64,000 nt of DNA from Pocillopora damicornis (taxonomy: Eukaryota), in the NCBI RefSeq assembly GCF_003704095.1, contig NW_020844152.1, positions 62,001 through 126,000 of the forward strand. Direction: 5' to 3'. Below the pieces are notes generated by a model, which was not told where the DNA came from, did not search any database, and saw only the letters and a program-made list of their open reading frames with translations. Made by a program: the position numbers and the translations under genes. The stretch's first letter is position 1. Each line of letters starts with the position of its first letter. Shown here piece by piece: positions 1 to 16,879 of this stretch.

Positions 1-64
1 GTTCTGTTTAGCTTTATCAGTGGTCATTCAATGATAACCATACATCCCTCCCATTGCAGACTTC

Positions 65-3000
65 TTAGCAAATGTTCTTAAAAGTGCTTGTGACCAAGAT
101 TATTGTTATTGACCTCAGAGGCTTCAAAGACAGAAGTCTATTGCTTTTACTCACCATGTTTCTGAGAGGTGCTTGACCATTGGTACGTGCCAGAGGTCCA
201 AACAATGGACCAGGAGGGCCGTAGTTCATTTCCCTCTCATGTAACACTCCCTCCAAGGACCCTCTCAAGGGAGCATCTTGATTTCCTCGCATAGACCCAG
301 GAGGATATGGTTGAGGTAAATGATGTGGTGTCATGTCACGTGGACTTTGAGGTGGCTCAGGTGTTCTTGGTCTTTCAAAAGCACTTTCAAGAGCTTGGCC
401 CTCTGGACATCTTCCCATCCAGGGGCTGGTTGGTGATACCTCAGGAGGAGCATGCCTCCGAGGCCCTAAGCTTACATGCTCCCAAGGAACTGGCCTTTTC
501 CCATGAAGATCTAAAGCACCTAATTTGGTGACACCAAGGGGTCCCAAACTAGCAGGATTAAGGGGTGGAACATTGGCTCTAGGAGGAGGGAGGGGTGATG
601 ACAGCTCTAATTGTCCTTTCTGTTTCTTCTTTTTAGCTTTGTCCTTTTTTTTCTTCAAACATACAGCACGATTTTCTTGATCACCTTCAGTATTGTTGTG
701 AGTGGTAATGATACGGGTGTTTTCTGCTTGAACATAATTTAGCTGCGCCAGTTTTGATGGATACTTTGGAGGTGTAACAGTTTTTTCTGTATTCTTGTGA
801 GATTCTGCAAAGAACTGCCGAACAAACCTTAACATCAAATACACTATGTCATTAAAACTCCTTTAATTTGACTTACAGTCAGTGGTTGTCAAGCCACCAC
901 CCATGGTGATAAGGAAAATAGCAATGAACTAAAGGACATAAATACAATCAAATCATTAACAATGTGTACCAATTTACCTGAGGTTGAGAATCACAAGTAT
1001 CTTCCTGCCATTGTTTTTTCTCCTTGTCTCCATCTGGGTAGTCTGTTAAGTCATCACCATGAACTATGTCCTCATTATCACTGCCAAGACTTGACACACT
1101 AAGTCCAACACTAACACTGCAATTATCAGCATTATCAGGTTCACTGTGTACACTTGATGCACTGCCACGTCCTTGCTGTAAGCGTGCACTGGAATATTCC
1201 AACTTTTCCTCACAGTCAATCTCTATATCTCCATCTTCCATGTCAATAATTTCCTCTTGCTGATCTTCAGTGTCAAGGTTACTGACTACAACTAAAATAT
1301 CTCCATCCCCAGTCCTCAGGTCAAAACTTGCAGCTTCATCCATTAAATGTCTTGAATCACCATCATGATGAAATTTGCTTTGCCTTGTAAGTGTACTCTG
1401 ACGCCGTTTTGGGTTTGATGGCCTACTCTGCTCTACCCTGTTGTCTGCTTTGTCTAAGGCCTTGGCATCATGATCTGAAAATTTTTCTTTTTCTTCATGA
1501 CTTGCCTCATTCATTGCTGAATCCCCAAGGTGCCCTGACTCCCCCTGTACATCAAAACCATGAAGGTCAGACACATCACAGTTCTCCGCACCAACAGATG
1601 CCTTGTGAGGTTCTTCTGCTGTTGCAGCTGCTTCATCTGTAGACGGAGGCTGCCATGAGTTTACAGGATCCACATTTTGACTATAAAAGGAATAAGTTCT
1701 TATTTCATGAAATCTGGTTAACACCTTGTTCATTTGATGATTAATTTCTCTTACTAACTTTCTACTGAATAATTTCATTATTTTAATATTGATAGCTCAT
1801 ATGACAAATTTGCGTCCAGAACAACTGTAGATTTCCTGGTTTCAATGAAAAAGCATCTTGTTATATCACATACCTATAGTTTATATATGTTTAATCTTAC
1901 TAAATAAATAATCCATTTCATTTGTAATATTTTCTAGAGTTAGTTACCAGGGATAACTTTCATTTTCAAAATTTCTTCAGTAACAGCTACTATAGGAGAC
2001 ATACTCCCATTGAAACACAAGGTGAAGTAAATATAGCATCAAAATTCACTTCAGTTTGTTTCACTTTTAGTTTGACTCATTCAGTCAATGAATCCTTTTT
2101 AATTAAGTAAGTTACCTGTCAGGACTTGATGGTGTTGATACAAAGGCAGCCTTTCCTGTGTGCTTGTCATTGTGTTGTGAATGAGCTCTGATCACCATTC
2201 TACAATAATTGAGCTGTTTGTTGTGGATGTAATCAACTGCAGTTGCACCAAAACAATCTCTTACCAGGAGGTCTCCTGCAAAATGAAATTTGAAGTGTTG
2301 TCAGTCTTGAGCTGACACAATTCTTTGTTCTTGTCTGCCATTCCAGCATTTCCCTTTCCTTTTATCAGCTTTAATATGAACTTATTATAACTTCAGTGAC
2401 ACTGCTAATGATACTGCCACTATCAAAACATGGCCATCACAATCAAAAGTACACTAGAAAGGCTAACAATGACCTTTGGAAGCACAGAGGGAGGGGAGGG
2501 ACGAGAAGCACTAAATAGTGAAATGGGGGCACTGCAAAAGTAGCAAGAGAAGCCTTGGGAGAGGATATATGACCTTATTTGGTTACTGCCATGATGGGTG
2601 ATGACAATGTTGATGATAATTGACAGTCCTACAGATTTCCTTACCTCCTCTTTCAAGGAGAAAGTTCACAACTTCTGCTTGTCCACAGATAGCAGCAAGA
2701 TGAGCTGCAGTTCTTTTTGAGTTATCTGTATCCTTTAGTCCTTCCAAGTTTCCTCTCACTTTAAGAATCATCTCACAAGCAGCTGCAATCCCTGCCAAGG
2801 AGTGTCAAATAATTTATATTTAATTATTAAACATAGCATCATCATGCAAGTCAACATTTTGAAAATAGTAAAGGATTAGATAGCTTTGTAGCTGCCTTAA
2901 ATGCTAAAACTTGCACCATTTACTATACCAAATAGATCAACATTTTCCATATTAAAATCCAATAGTCCATTTTACAGTTGTGTACTTGGTTGCCAGGTCT

Positions 3001-6000
3001 TTTAACAAGAGTGAAGCTAAGGATGACCTTGTTATTATACAAACCTTGCTACTTTCAAAGGTAAATTACCTTGTTGTTATGCTAACTAGGTACTGGTCTC
3101 TATCACAGCAAGACCACCTTTAGCCTCACTCCAAATCAAAGGCTTGACAACTAAGTACACAACTGTAAAATGACCCATTCATAAATATCTATATCATTTC
3201 CATTTATTTTTAAGCAATTATGTGACCAAGCAGACTGAAAAGAAACCATAGGGCTTTTCGTTCAGGTTAACTATTCAGTATTTTTTAAAAATATTATCAT
3301 GAGAATTACTAGATCTTCATATAAAGTAAAGTAATTATAACTTATGGATATAGTCTGCTAAAGAATTATCAAAATGACAAAAAATTAAAAAGGCAGGTTA
3401 ATTAGAATGATGAAATTCAACTTATGAGAGTTGAGAGTCCTTTTCAGGCAGTAACCAGTAACATTTAGCACCTGTAGTACCTCTTATTACCGTTTAAAAT
3501 TGCTTGGAATTCTTGAAATTCAACAGGTAAAAGGATAGCTTTACCAGTTTGAAAATTTATTTAACCTGTCATGCTTAAAATAAGGAAGAACACTGTGAGA
3601 GTACATGACACAAGACTCGTGTAATATTATTTCATTTCATACATTGACTCAAACAGGTGTAGTCCTTGCCTTTTTCTGCTGCTGTGTGTAATACTGTTTT
3701 GCCTTCATTGTCCCTTAGAACTGCAGACTGAGGGGTTAATAGAGCCTAGATATTTTATAAAAAAAATTGTGTATCAGTAAATTGAAGAACAATAACTACT
3801 GTAGGCAATTATTAAAGTGGCAATCAATGAGGGCTTTGGTTATCTATTACAATTAACTGACAGTCATTTGTGACAGCTAACATATGAAATGATTATCTCA
3901 GACTATAGATTGATGTAGAGAGCAATCCTTCTTGAGAGATTATAGGTCAAAGTTTTGTCAACAACTTAATAGTACAATGGTCTGAAATGCTGCCTAGCTC
4001 AAAATATACAGCAGTCTTTTATAGTGGTAAAGCCATCTGCATAATTAGATAATTGCATTTTAAAACAACAATTCAAACAATAAACACAGATACTTTCATT
4101 TACCTTTAGACACTCCAAAGATCCCATGCCTTTGACAGCCCAGTGAATCACAGACTGACCATAACAGTCTGTATCTCTGAAGATTGCATCTTCTTCAGGA
4201 TCAGTTCTTGCCAGTGCATTTTGTAACATCTGTAGATTGCGAAGCTGGTCAAAGTAACATGCCCACATGGTTGGGGTTAAACCTTCACTGTCTGCAGCAT
4301 CCAACTTCCCTCCAACCTGAAGTAATAACTGTAAAGAAATAAAAATGGATCATTCTCAAACATAAGCTCTTTATAGTTACATCCTACTCCCTAGCTAATC
4401 AAAGATCAGAAAATCAACTTTTTAAATTAAAGCCAACAGGCATCTTCACTTTTTTCTTTCTTCTGAATTTATTTCAAATGATGTTTGAATGAACTCCTCA
4501 CAACTGAAATCACCTATTATGCCACCAGCAGCCAACTATAAAAAAGGGTCATTTTAAACCTTTCAAATGATAGATATCACTTGTAGCTGCTAAACCTGTG
4601 TAGGGAGACAGCAAGTCATAACTCCAGTCTTATTAAGCCCTTACCTTTATTTTCAACTTAAAAAAAAAAGTGACCCTGTGCTCAAGTGGACCCTTTTCAG
4701 GTCTTAATGCGTCATTTTTTGGCCTGTCAACCTGGCCTAGGACAGGGATATCTGCCTGTCGAAGATACACACTGTTTTTGACTTCCTGAAGCCTGCATTA
4801 TCATTCATAAATACTTTTTTTCAGCCACAGCCAGACCAAGTACCTTGGGTGTGCCAAGAGAGGGAGACATTTCCATTTTTGAGATAAAAATGTGTTTGTT
4901 ATGTTACCTTTAAATTATCCTCTGATGGATTTGCTGCTGCCCAGTGAAGTGGTGTCCTGCCTTGATTGTCTTCAACATTATGAGAAGCCTATACAAAGAG
5001 GAGAACACCATCATTCCCATAGTGCTGGATTTGGGTGAATCAAAAATCTAATAGAAATGGTAAGAAGTTCCAGCAGACCTGTGAGAAGAACATTATAGTC
5101 ACCTTATTACGAAGCAAAAGAGGCAGGGCAGCTGTGTTATTGATGTATGCAGCCACATGAAGTGCTGTTGTGTTATCTGTGCAACAAAAAAAAATAGAAA
5201 TAATAAATATCACTTCTTTTAATGAAATGTACTCCAAAATTGAACGATAGGAAATACAAAGTAGATATCAAGTTAAATTATACCCTACCCATTTCCCAAT
5301 AACAAAAAAAATACCCAAAACAAGTGGTGGTACCCCAACATATTCCTAAGGCAAACATTAAGGTCCTTGGAATCTCATTTATGTTTCACTGATCCCAAAA
5401 AAATCCTCTCCCAAGAGTTACTAGATAGTATACTTGTACATGAAAATATGCTTTTCATATGCAAACAAGTTAAAAGAGGGCAAAAAGACATTAAGCACTG
5501 GTGTGTACCTACTGTAGGTCAATTTAAGAATTACTTTAAATCATGTAAAAGTTACATTTATAGTTACTGTAGTATTTGTAATATATACAGTTTATATCTG
5601 ATACCATTTGCTTTGAGATCCAGATCACAGTCAGCTCTTATCAGTACTTCCAGGCACTCTGTATGGGCAGGTGTGTTGCCATGAACACAGTACATTGCAG
5701 CATTACGTCCTAAGCCATCCACTTGATTGACAACTTCGGAATCTTAAATGTAACATATTTTAAGTAACATATGGTCAGTGACATACAGTCAGCTGGTTGT
5801 AGTTTTGTGTATCAGGTAAGATCACTTTTGTTTGGAGAAAAGAAACTTTCCTTCAACAGTGACCTAACTTTTTTGATGGAATGATCTGACTTTGGCTGGA
5901 GATATCTGACTAGGGCCCATATGACAATAGGGTGAAACAAGAAGTTACGTAATTGTTGCTCGTGAAATTGTTATAAAAAAATATAGCTTAGGATGAGTCT

Positions 6001-7021
6001 AGAGCGCCATGACCATAATCAACTTAACCGTCATTCAAAATGAGGAGAAACGTCACTAGAAGCCTAAGAGATCTTACAGTGGGAGTAAGCAAACAGCTTA
6101 GGGTGTGGAAAAACAGTTTTGTATCTAATTGGTCCAAGAGGCACAAGTTTGCCATGTCGGTCACAGAATTGGAGGAAAGTAAGGCACAACCAAATTGCAA
6201 TCCTGGGGTTGTTTTGACACTGTAATGAAAATGGGTAGTCACGACAACCTGTCATTCATGAAAATATGACCAGTTTATCAATATCTCCGATCATTGAAGC
6301 GCAAATTAGCTGAATTACAAGGCGAGGACTAAGAACTGTACGATACTAATGCACTTGACTTCTGTTTTTATTTCAAGATAATTTTATTTGATACTTCGAA
6401 CATTTGTAATAAAAGTGTACTCGTTAAGTACTACGTAAACATGAAGTTTTCATTACTCTGCATAGAAGGTAAACAATGGCGAAATAATTTCTTGCTTAGC
6501 ATTCAATTAGCAATTAGCGTTACCTTTCTCTATGAGTTCCTTTAAAAGCTGTGAATCTGCAGACTTTGTAGCTTGCAGGACGAGAGGCAATGAAGAAAAT
6601 TCATTTGTACCGAGGCTAGCAGACAGCCTGGGTGATTCCAAATTGTACCACTTCCATTCGAACTGATCAGGTATTCCACAAGCTGGACTCACTGGGCTCA
6701 CACCCCCATTAAAAACAAAGCTTCCACTCAGCGATTTGCCATTAAATCTTGGTGATGCACCATTTGAAAGACTTCTGCTACGAAGTTTTTTGTAGTATTT
6801 TTGCAAGTAGAACAGGACAAGATGCATAGAATCCCTAAGTTCAGCTGTCGATTCCTCGCACGAAAGTTTCGAAAGAAACTCCTGAATAAGCCCCGCTGTT
6901 TTCTGGAAGTCTGTGACAACAAAACATGGCAAACATGACCCAATATTATTGGAAAACTGATTTGATCCAATTAACAAAATATTGAAAAGCAGGAAGTCTT
7001 ACCTCGTTTTTTTATAGCCAT
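65..7021 (-). CDS. Multi-exon ankyrin-repeat protein (ANKRD55/inversin-like layout: ankyrin repeats then a long acidic/Pro-rich low-complexity tail)
   Basis: Spliced model: ATG at 7021 (MAIKKR), exons ~6910-6524, ~5745-5605 (DGLGRNAAMYCVHG), ~5177-5102 (TTALHVAA), ~4989-4909 (GRTPLHWAA), ~4330-4104 (GLTPTMWAC, GQSVIHWAV), ~3746-3670 (GKTVLHTAA), 2793-~2646 (RTAAHLAA), 2275-2116, 1680-978, ~814-65. The phases I checked were consistent. The 3' end is uncertain and may splice further out of the window. Confidence 0.8.
2962..3178. mobile_element. MITE with long terminal inverted repeats (intronic)
   Basis: Left end CCATTTTACAGTTGTGTACTTGGTTGCC and right end GACAACTAAGTACACAACTGTAAAATGACC are near reverse complements. 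A related right-arm fragment lies at ~57445-57514. Confidence 0.7.
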
Positions 7022-7324
7022 CGTTTGGAGGCTTCTAATTACGTCCTCGAGCGCTTTACGAATGTCTGATCGCGCGCGAAAATAAAATTATATTCAGCAA
7101 TATTTTTACAGGCCACCATTTTGGACTTACTTTAATCGTGACCACGAAATACGATATCTGAATACAAGAACCCTTTGTCAAATCGACTAAAGGCAACAAA
7201 GTCAAATCTGCGCCAGACATGCAAAGAAAATAATGAATTGTGTACCTGATTACTTTCCCCCTTAAACGAGGAAGAAAACAACATTGAGATCGCATTGAAC
7301 TATGGGATAATTTTTATTTCTAAG

Positions 7325-10973
<3,649 letters not shown>

Positions 10974-11547
10974 ATACATTTGAAATTTGTGAATAAATAT
11001 TGTGATCTTTTATAATTGTTGACTTCATTTTTTATAACATGACCATCTCGAATGAGGCATAACTAAATGTGAAAGATTTTCAACATATGGCTTTGCAGCA
11101 GGATTTGATCCAAAAAATTCAGATGGAGAGGGTTGAAAAAATTATTTTTAAAAGACAAACCATAACACAATTGGGGCAAACTTTAAAATAATTTATTAAA
11201 TCGAAACTATATTTGAAATAATATAAAGCAAAGTCAATTTTAAAGTCCAAATTCTAAGCATAGCAACTACAGATGAACAGAAGGTTTGCATTAAAAAAAA
11301 AAGAAAATTGTTTCTGCTCTCTTAAAATAATATTCCAAGAGCTTGCATTGATAGTATGGTGTATAATAGCTAGTGTTAGGTACAACTTGCTTAGGTGTGT
11401 CTAATAAGACAGTGGGAATATATATTAGCTAACTATTATGGTGACAAGATTTAATACAACATAGCAACCTTCACTTTGTACAAACTCTTAAGTTGTAAGT
11501 CTCTACAAGGCATTTTATATGGAGATCCAGCGATCTTTAGAGTCAAA

Positions 11548-11841
<294 letters not shown>

Positions 11842-14127
11842 TTAGTTTTTCTCTCCACGCGCTCATCACCCTTCCCGGTGACCACGCCTATGGGGTAATC
11901 GAGGAAAGAGGCGAAAAAGAAGAAATAGATAACTTACCCTGTCTAAAAACAGTTTTCCGCAACTATCACAGATCTTCGCCACCGAAATTCTCTTTATCAA
12001 ACACCTTTCTCAAACAAATACAACATTGCTTCCTTGGTGTCTTAGACCCACGCCGTGGAACACCTAATTTACTATAATGCGTATTGTTCATTGGATAAAT
12101 TCCGTAGCTTTTTTCGGTAGCCTATATCAACCCAGGGTACATTGCGAGAAATGCCTCTGTTTGCGTGATCAGGTCACACGCCTAGTTCACACTCTTTCAT
12201 ATGACGATTCAAGTCACGCAGTAAATAAGCTTTACTTTTTTTGTTAGATATCGGCAGACCGGGTTAGTCCTCAGCCTGGAAAATAACTCAAAACTGATTT
12301 TAATCGAATTCGAATCAACGATCTTTACTACACATTTTTTCAATGCGTGACCTTTTTTTTTTTTAGTTTAAAAGATGGAAACAGTAAGTAACAGCCGAGA
12401 GGCAAAAGCCCAACCTTTCCACCCCTTTCCTAAATTTTGCGGAAGTTGTCTCCACATCTTTAGATTTGTAAAACTGCACATTAAAGCGTCTTTCACGACT
12501 GTCGATGTGTACCTTAGAGAACTATCTGTGGTAAAGCTGTGGCCCGTAATTACATTAGGAATGTAGTTTATCGTAATGTAAAACTGAGAAGAGATTAATT
12601 TAATCTAGATCATGTGTAACATGCCCTTACAGATCCACAAGTCTGTCTCCTCTGCGTTATAAATCAGACCGGTAAGATTTTGTATAAATGTTACAAGAAC
12701 TTACATGTGCTCTCTGGGTTTGACTCTGAAAGGTTTCGAGAGGAAATTGCTCCATTACCGAGCCACGAATCGAGGATAATTTTAAGGAATTTTCTACTGT
12801 ATGATAAGTGTGGGGCTGGTGGCACCGGCTAATGCAGATTTCCCAATTTAACCTCTGGGATTTAGAGAGTATTATGTCAATAAGAAAGTAGGTAAATAAG
12901 TAAATAAGGTTTGACAGTGTCAGTCACCTGATTGCATTCTTAAATAAAATTCTTAAGTCAAGTTTTGTAATTAAGAGTTGCGACGCTGAGAGGAAGTCGA
13001 TGGAGATTTATTGAACTCCTCCATTATATATTGAGACATTTCAAGTGTTATTAGAATTTTAGAGCAGCAAGTTTCCTGAATTCCTGAATCGAGTTTCCTT
13101 GCACTTGAATGAAAAAAAATTAATAAATCCCACTTGAGTTTTGTAAATATTGCCCGACATTTGCGGAACGGGTCTTCGAACTCTGAATTATGTTCTTAAA
13201 ATTCACCCCATTTCCGGCCACTCTACGTGCACGGAATAAAGACAAAAATTCCAAAAAAAAAATTGCAAGGGGAGAAGAAATTTTCAGAATTTAAAAATTT
13301 CGGAAAAATAAAGACAAGCTCGAAACACAGGTATTCCTATAACTAAATGGGCTTGAGTCAGGTCTGAATACTACTTTGGAAAATGGCATGTTTGGTCTGA
13401 ATGATAGTAAGGATTTATAGAACAAGGCAGCACACTCACACTGAAAATTCTGGTGTATTCCCTGGGAGAGGGAGAGTACATCTTAATTATCATGGACTTC
13501 CTTTTCACTTGTTGAAATTATATGATGACATGCTTACTCATCAAATTGTTAGTATAACAGAAAACAGGGCATGGGAGCTATGTCCTTCATTCCAAGACAA
13601 ATTTGTTCCATGGTTCACAAGTACAAGAAGGTTTGTGTTGATCCAGTTTTGATGTAAGGTCAGATTGTAAAAACACTACTCAACTCACCCAGAGTTAACT
13701 TTCATATTAAACTAAAATAACCTTGAAAAAATGTAAGGTTATGCTTATTGACATAGTCAAGAGAAATTAAAAAGCCCTCTTTGACTTCTTCCTTAGATGA
13801 CCAAGGTCTGCTCACAAAACAGATTAAAAAGACAGAAATAATCAGAGAACATGAAATGTTACACACAGAATGATAAATAAGTTTATTTCTCATTTAAGTT
13901 AAGGACTCTCCACTTATAAATAAAAAATTATATTAGTTAAACCTTATATTTGGAAAAGGAATATCAAAAGTCATGTCTCACACCAAACATCCTTATATTA
14001 GTATTTGCAACACACAAAAAAAATTAAATAAAAATGAAAATATATTTACACAATGGAGATTTAGGATATATATTTTAGTCCCTTTGTTCCTTGAAGGACA
14101 ATCTCTCTTTTAGGTAGCTTCATATTC

Positions 14128-14397
14128 TCAGCCAGACTTGAACAGAAGAACAGCAACCTGTCCAAGGTAAAAGTAGATGAAATGCTTTGTTTCATGGGTG
14201 ACATAGGAACCAAAGTTTCTCCCAACAATACAGTGCCATGTAGGGTTGTACTTCTTGTCAAACTCTTTCTTGATGTATGCTGCTATGTCTTTCTCAATGT
14301 TGAACTTTTCCATGGCTTGTGTGACACACTCTATGGCATCTGCCTGCATGTCCTCAGACATGTCTGCATTTTTAACCACTGCCTTCCTGTCCGACAT
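14128..14397 (-). CDS. DYNLL: Dynein light chain LC8, copy B (89 aa); non-coding first exon ends ~15102
   Basis: [18 protein letters not shown]...LFKSG. Same intron-before-ATG structure as copy A; donor AAG|GTGAGT at ~15101. Confidence 0.97.
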   Translation of the reverse strand: MSDRKAVVKNADMSEDMQADAIECVTQAMEKFNIEKDIAAYIKKEFDKKYNPTWHCIVGRNFGSYVTHETKHFIYFYLGQVAVLLFKSG

Positions 14398-14765
14398 CTG
14401 AAAATAGAACATAAATCAAACATTAACCCTAAGAGTAACTTGTATCTAATTTCTCTTTATAGCATCACCTTTCAATCACACATTTAGGTCACAAGAATGA
14501 AAGAAACCAACACCAACTAAACAAACTCCTGATTGTCAAAAAAATTCTCCTTGTCAGAACCTTTAATAAGAAAGATGTGGTGAACAGTATAGAGAATGAT
14601 TCCTTTGCTTGCCAATATTCTTCAAAAAATCTGACTTCTAGTGAAGTTTGTTGACAAGACAAGACAACAACATTATAAGAATTCCAAATACCATAAGCAC
14701 CAGAAAATAATAAAATTCCCTGGTCAATGCAAATTAAAAAATCAACAAAGTTAATTATAGTTTCT

Positions 14766-14779
14766 GTTTCCATGGCAAC
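14766..14779. promoter_or_regulatory. RFX X-box in the 5'-UTR intron of DYNLL copy B
   Basis: GTTTCCATGGCAAC matches the canonical X-box near-palindrome. Confidence 0.6.
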
Positions 14780-15475
14780 CAAGAAAACAAAATTAGAAAA
14801 TTAGCCTGTCTAGAAATGCAAGGTGGCTGTTTGCTTTATCAAGTGCTAATTAAAGAATAAACCGAACCATATTACATTAAGTCAAAACAATGTTCATAAA
14901 AACAGAATGTCTGCCTGCATACTGATCTACCTTTCACATTTACTGTCCAAATTCTTTTCATTTATCGATCATTTATGGTTAACACGTTAAAAAGCCTAAA
15001 TACGAAAAAGACAGCGAGTCATCGATCGATAGGCAGCATCCAGCTGATGATTTTCCTTCGCTCAAAAATGTCATGAGGAAATATAATGAGATATAACTCA
15101 CCTTGACTATTTAAAAAAATATTCTATGAAAATATTGAGGGAATTGTCGAAGAAACAAAACTCTCCTTCTTTGATCAATTGCTGAAAAAACTCAAATATT
15201 AGAAGGATAGCATCTGAAAAGTGGGTTGCTTCCTGCTTAATTTCGATTGGATACGAGCCTCAAAGCTGAAGATTTGATTCGTCAATAATTAGAATTATTT
15301 CCACAGCCTATATCAACCCAGAATCCTACGCGTTTCTTTGCGTCACATTAATAAAGCCCCTGCTATCTCACAAGGACTCCCTTAATCATTGGACGCGTGG
15401 TCAGCCATTTTCGAAAGAACTTAGGCGTCCTTCTTGTGTGGCTCTCGTTTTCGAGAAAAGTTACTTGCTTTACAA

Positions 15476-16879
15476 ATGATGAACCGAAGTAATAACAACA
15501 GTAGGCGAATTTACGTCGGAAATTTACCATCTAATGTAGATGAGAGAGATCTGGAGGATATCTTTTACAAATACGGCGACATTTCTGATGTTGACTTGAA
15601 GATTCCTCGATACGGAACTGGTGGCACGCCGTTTGCCTTCGTCGAATTTAGTGATCCAAGGTATGGAGATCTGACATGATGTCTTCAGTGACCTAATACA
15701 ACTTTTTTTATCGACAGTTCTTGTCAGCACTCAAACTCTCACTTTGCATCAGTCCATTTTCGATGCCAGGATGGGTTTGACTTCCTTCCCGGAACCTTTC
15801 TTTTGTTCTGCAATAAGCTCCTATCTCTAAACTTTGTTTCTTTTTTTTTTCCTTTTTCCTTGTTCTTCAACCTTCGCCATTCAGAAAAGATTATAAGTCT
15901 GGTATTTTCAACGTGACTGTTTACACAGCTATGCTGTTTATAGTGGGTCAGTAAATGTGTTTAGTGTAAATGGCTTGGCAAAAATGAAGTTGGAGATTTT
16001 TTCGAATACACTCTTTCCTTGAATTATTTTGCGGGTTTTTTCTTTTAAGATTTTCCGTTTTAATTTTTATTGTAGTTAGAACCATAGAAAATTCCAGGAG
16101 GTAGAAAATCGTTGCTTTATTTTTATTTCTCTAATGTCACTTTGTACAGAGATGCAGAAGATGCAGTGAGAGGGAGAGACGGATATGAAGTTGATGGACA
16201 GAGGATCCGTGTAGAATTTCCTCGTGGTGGCCGTGGTGGAGGTCGCTCTGGAGGTGGAGGGTTTGGTGGTGGAGGAGGAGGAGGAGGCTATGGTGGTGGT
16301 GGTGGTGGAGGTGGAGGTGGTCGTGGTCCTCCTCCTAGGCGCTCTGATTACCGTGTTATGGTCTCTGGTTTGCCACCGACTGGTAGCTGGCAAGATCTCA
16401 AGGATCATATGCGGGATGCTGGTGATGTTCAGTTCACAGATGTTTTTAAAGATGGAACTGGCATTGTGGAGTTTTCTCGGTATGATGACATGAAATATGC
16501 CTTGAAACATCTGGATGATTCTAAGTTCCGCTCACACGAGGTACACAATTTTAATTGTTACAACTGCCAGTCTTGTACAGTACTTGGTTTGTCTTTTTCA
16601 GAGAAAAGTATGTATAATTGTTTTCATCATTTTTCTCTCTTTCTCTAGGGTGAAGTTGCATTCATCAGAGTCAAACCTGACAATCCAGGACGTGGTTCAC
16701 GAAGTCGTAGCAGATCACTTTCAAGGAGCCGATCCCCAAGAAAAAGATCCCACTCTCGTTCCCACAGTCCACGTCGGTCTTATTCACCAAAGAAATCAAA
16801 GTCACCCTCAAGATCGCCAAAGAAGAGGAAATCAGTCTCTCCAAGGCGTTCCAGATCCCGTTCTCGTTCCCGTTCATAG
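15476..16879 (+). CDS. SRSF1: Serine/arginine-rich splicing factor SRSF1/9 (ASF/SF2) ortholog
   Basis: Exons 15476-15660, 16150-16540, 16649-16879. RRM1 ([14 protein letters not shown]), Gly linker, pseudo-RRM (SWQDLKD) and RS domain ending RSRSRS*. Confidence 0.95.

Noticed and set aside
15675-15730. Possible C/D snoRNA in SRSF1 intron 1 (ATGATGT...)
   Set aside because: Imperfect C box, no well-placed CTGA D box or terminal stem.
16224-16493. Val/Glu-rich alternate-frame ORF in SRSF1
   Set aside because: By-product of the GGT/GGA glycine linker.
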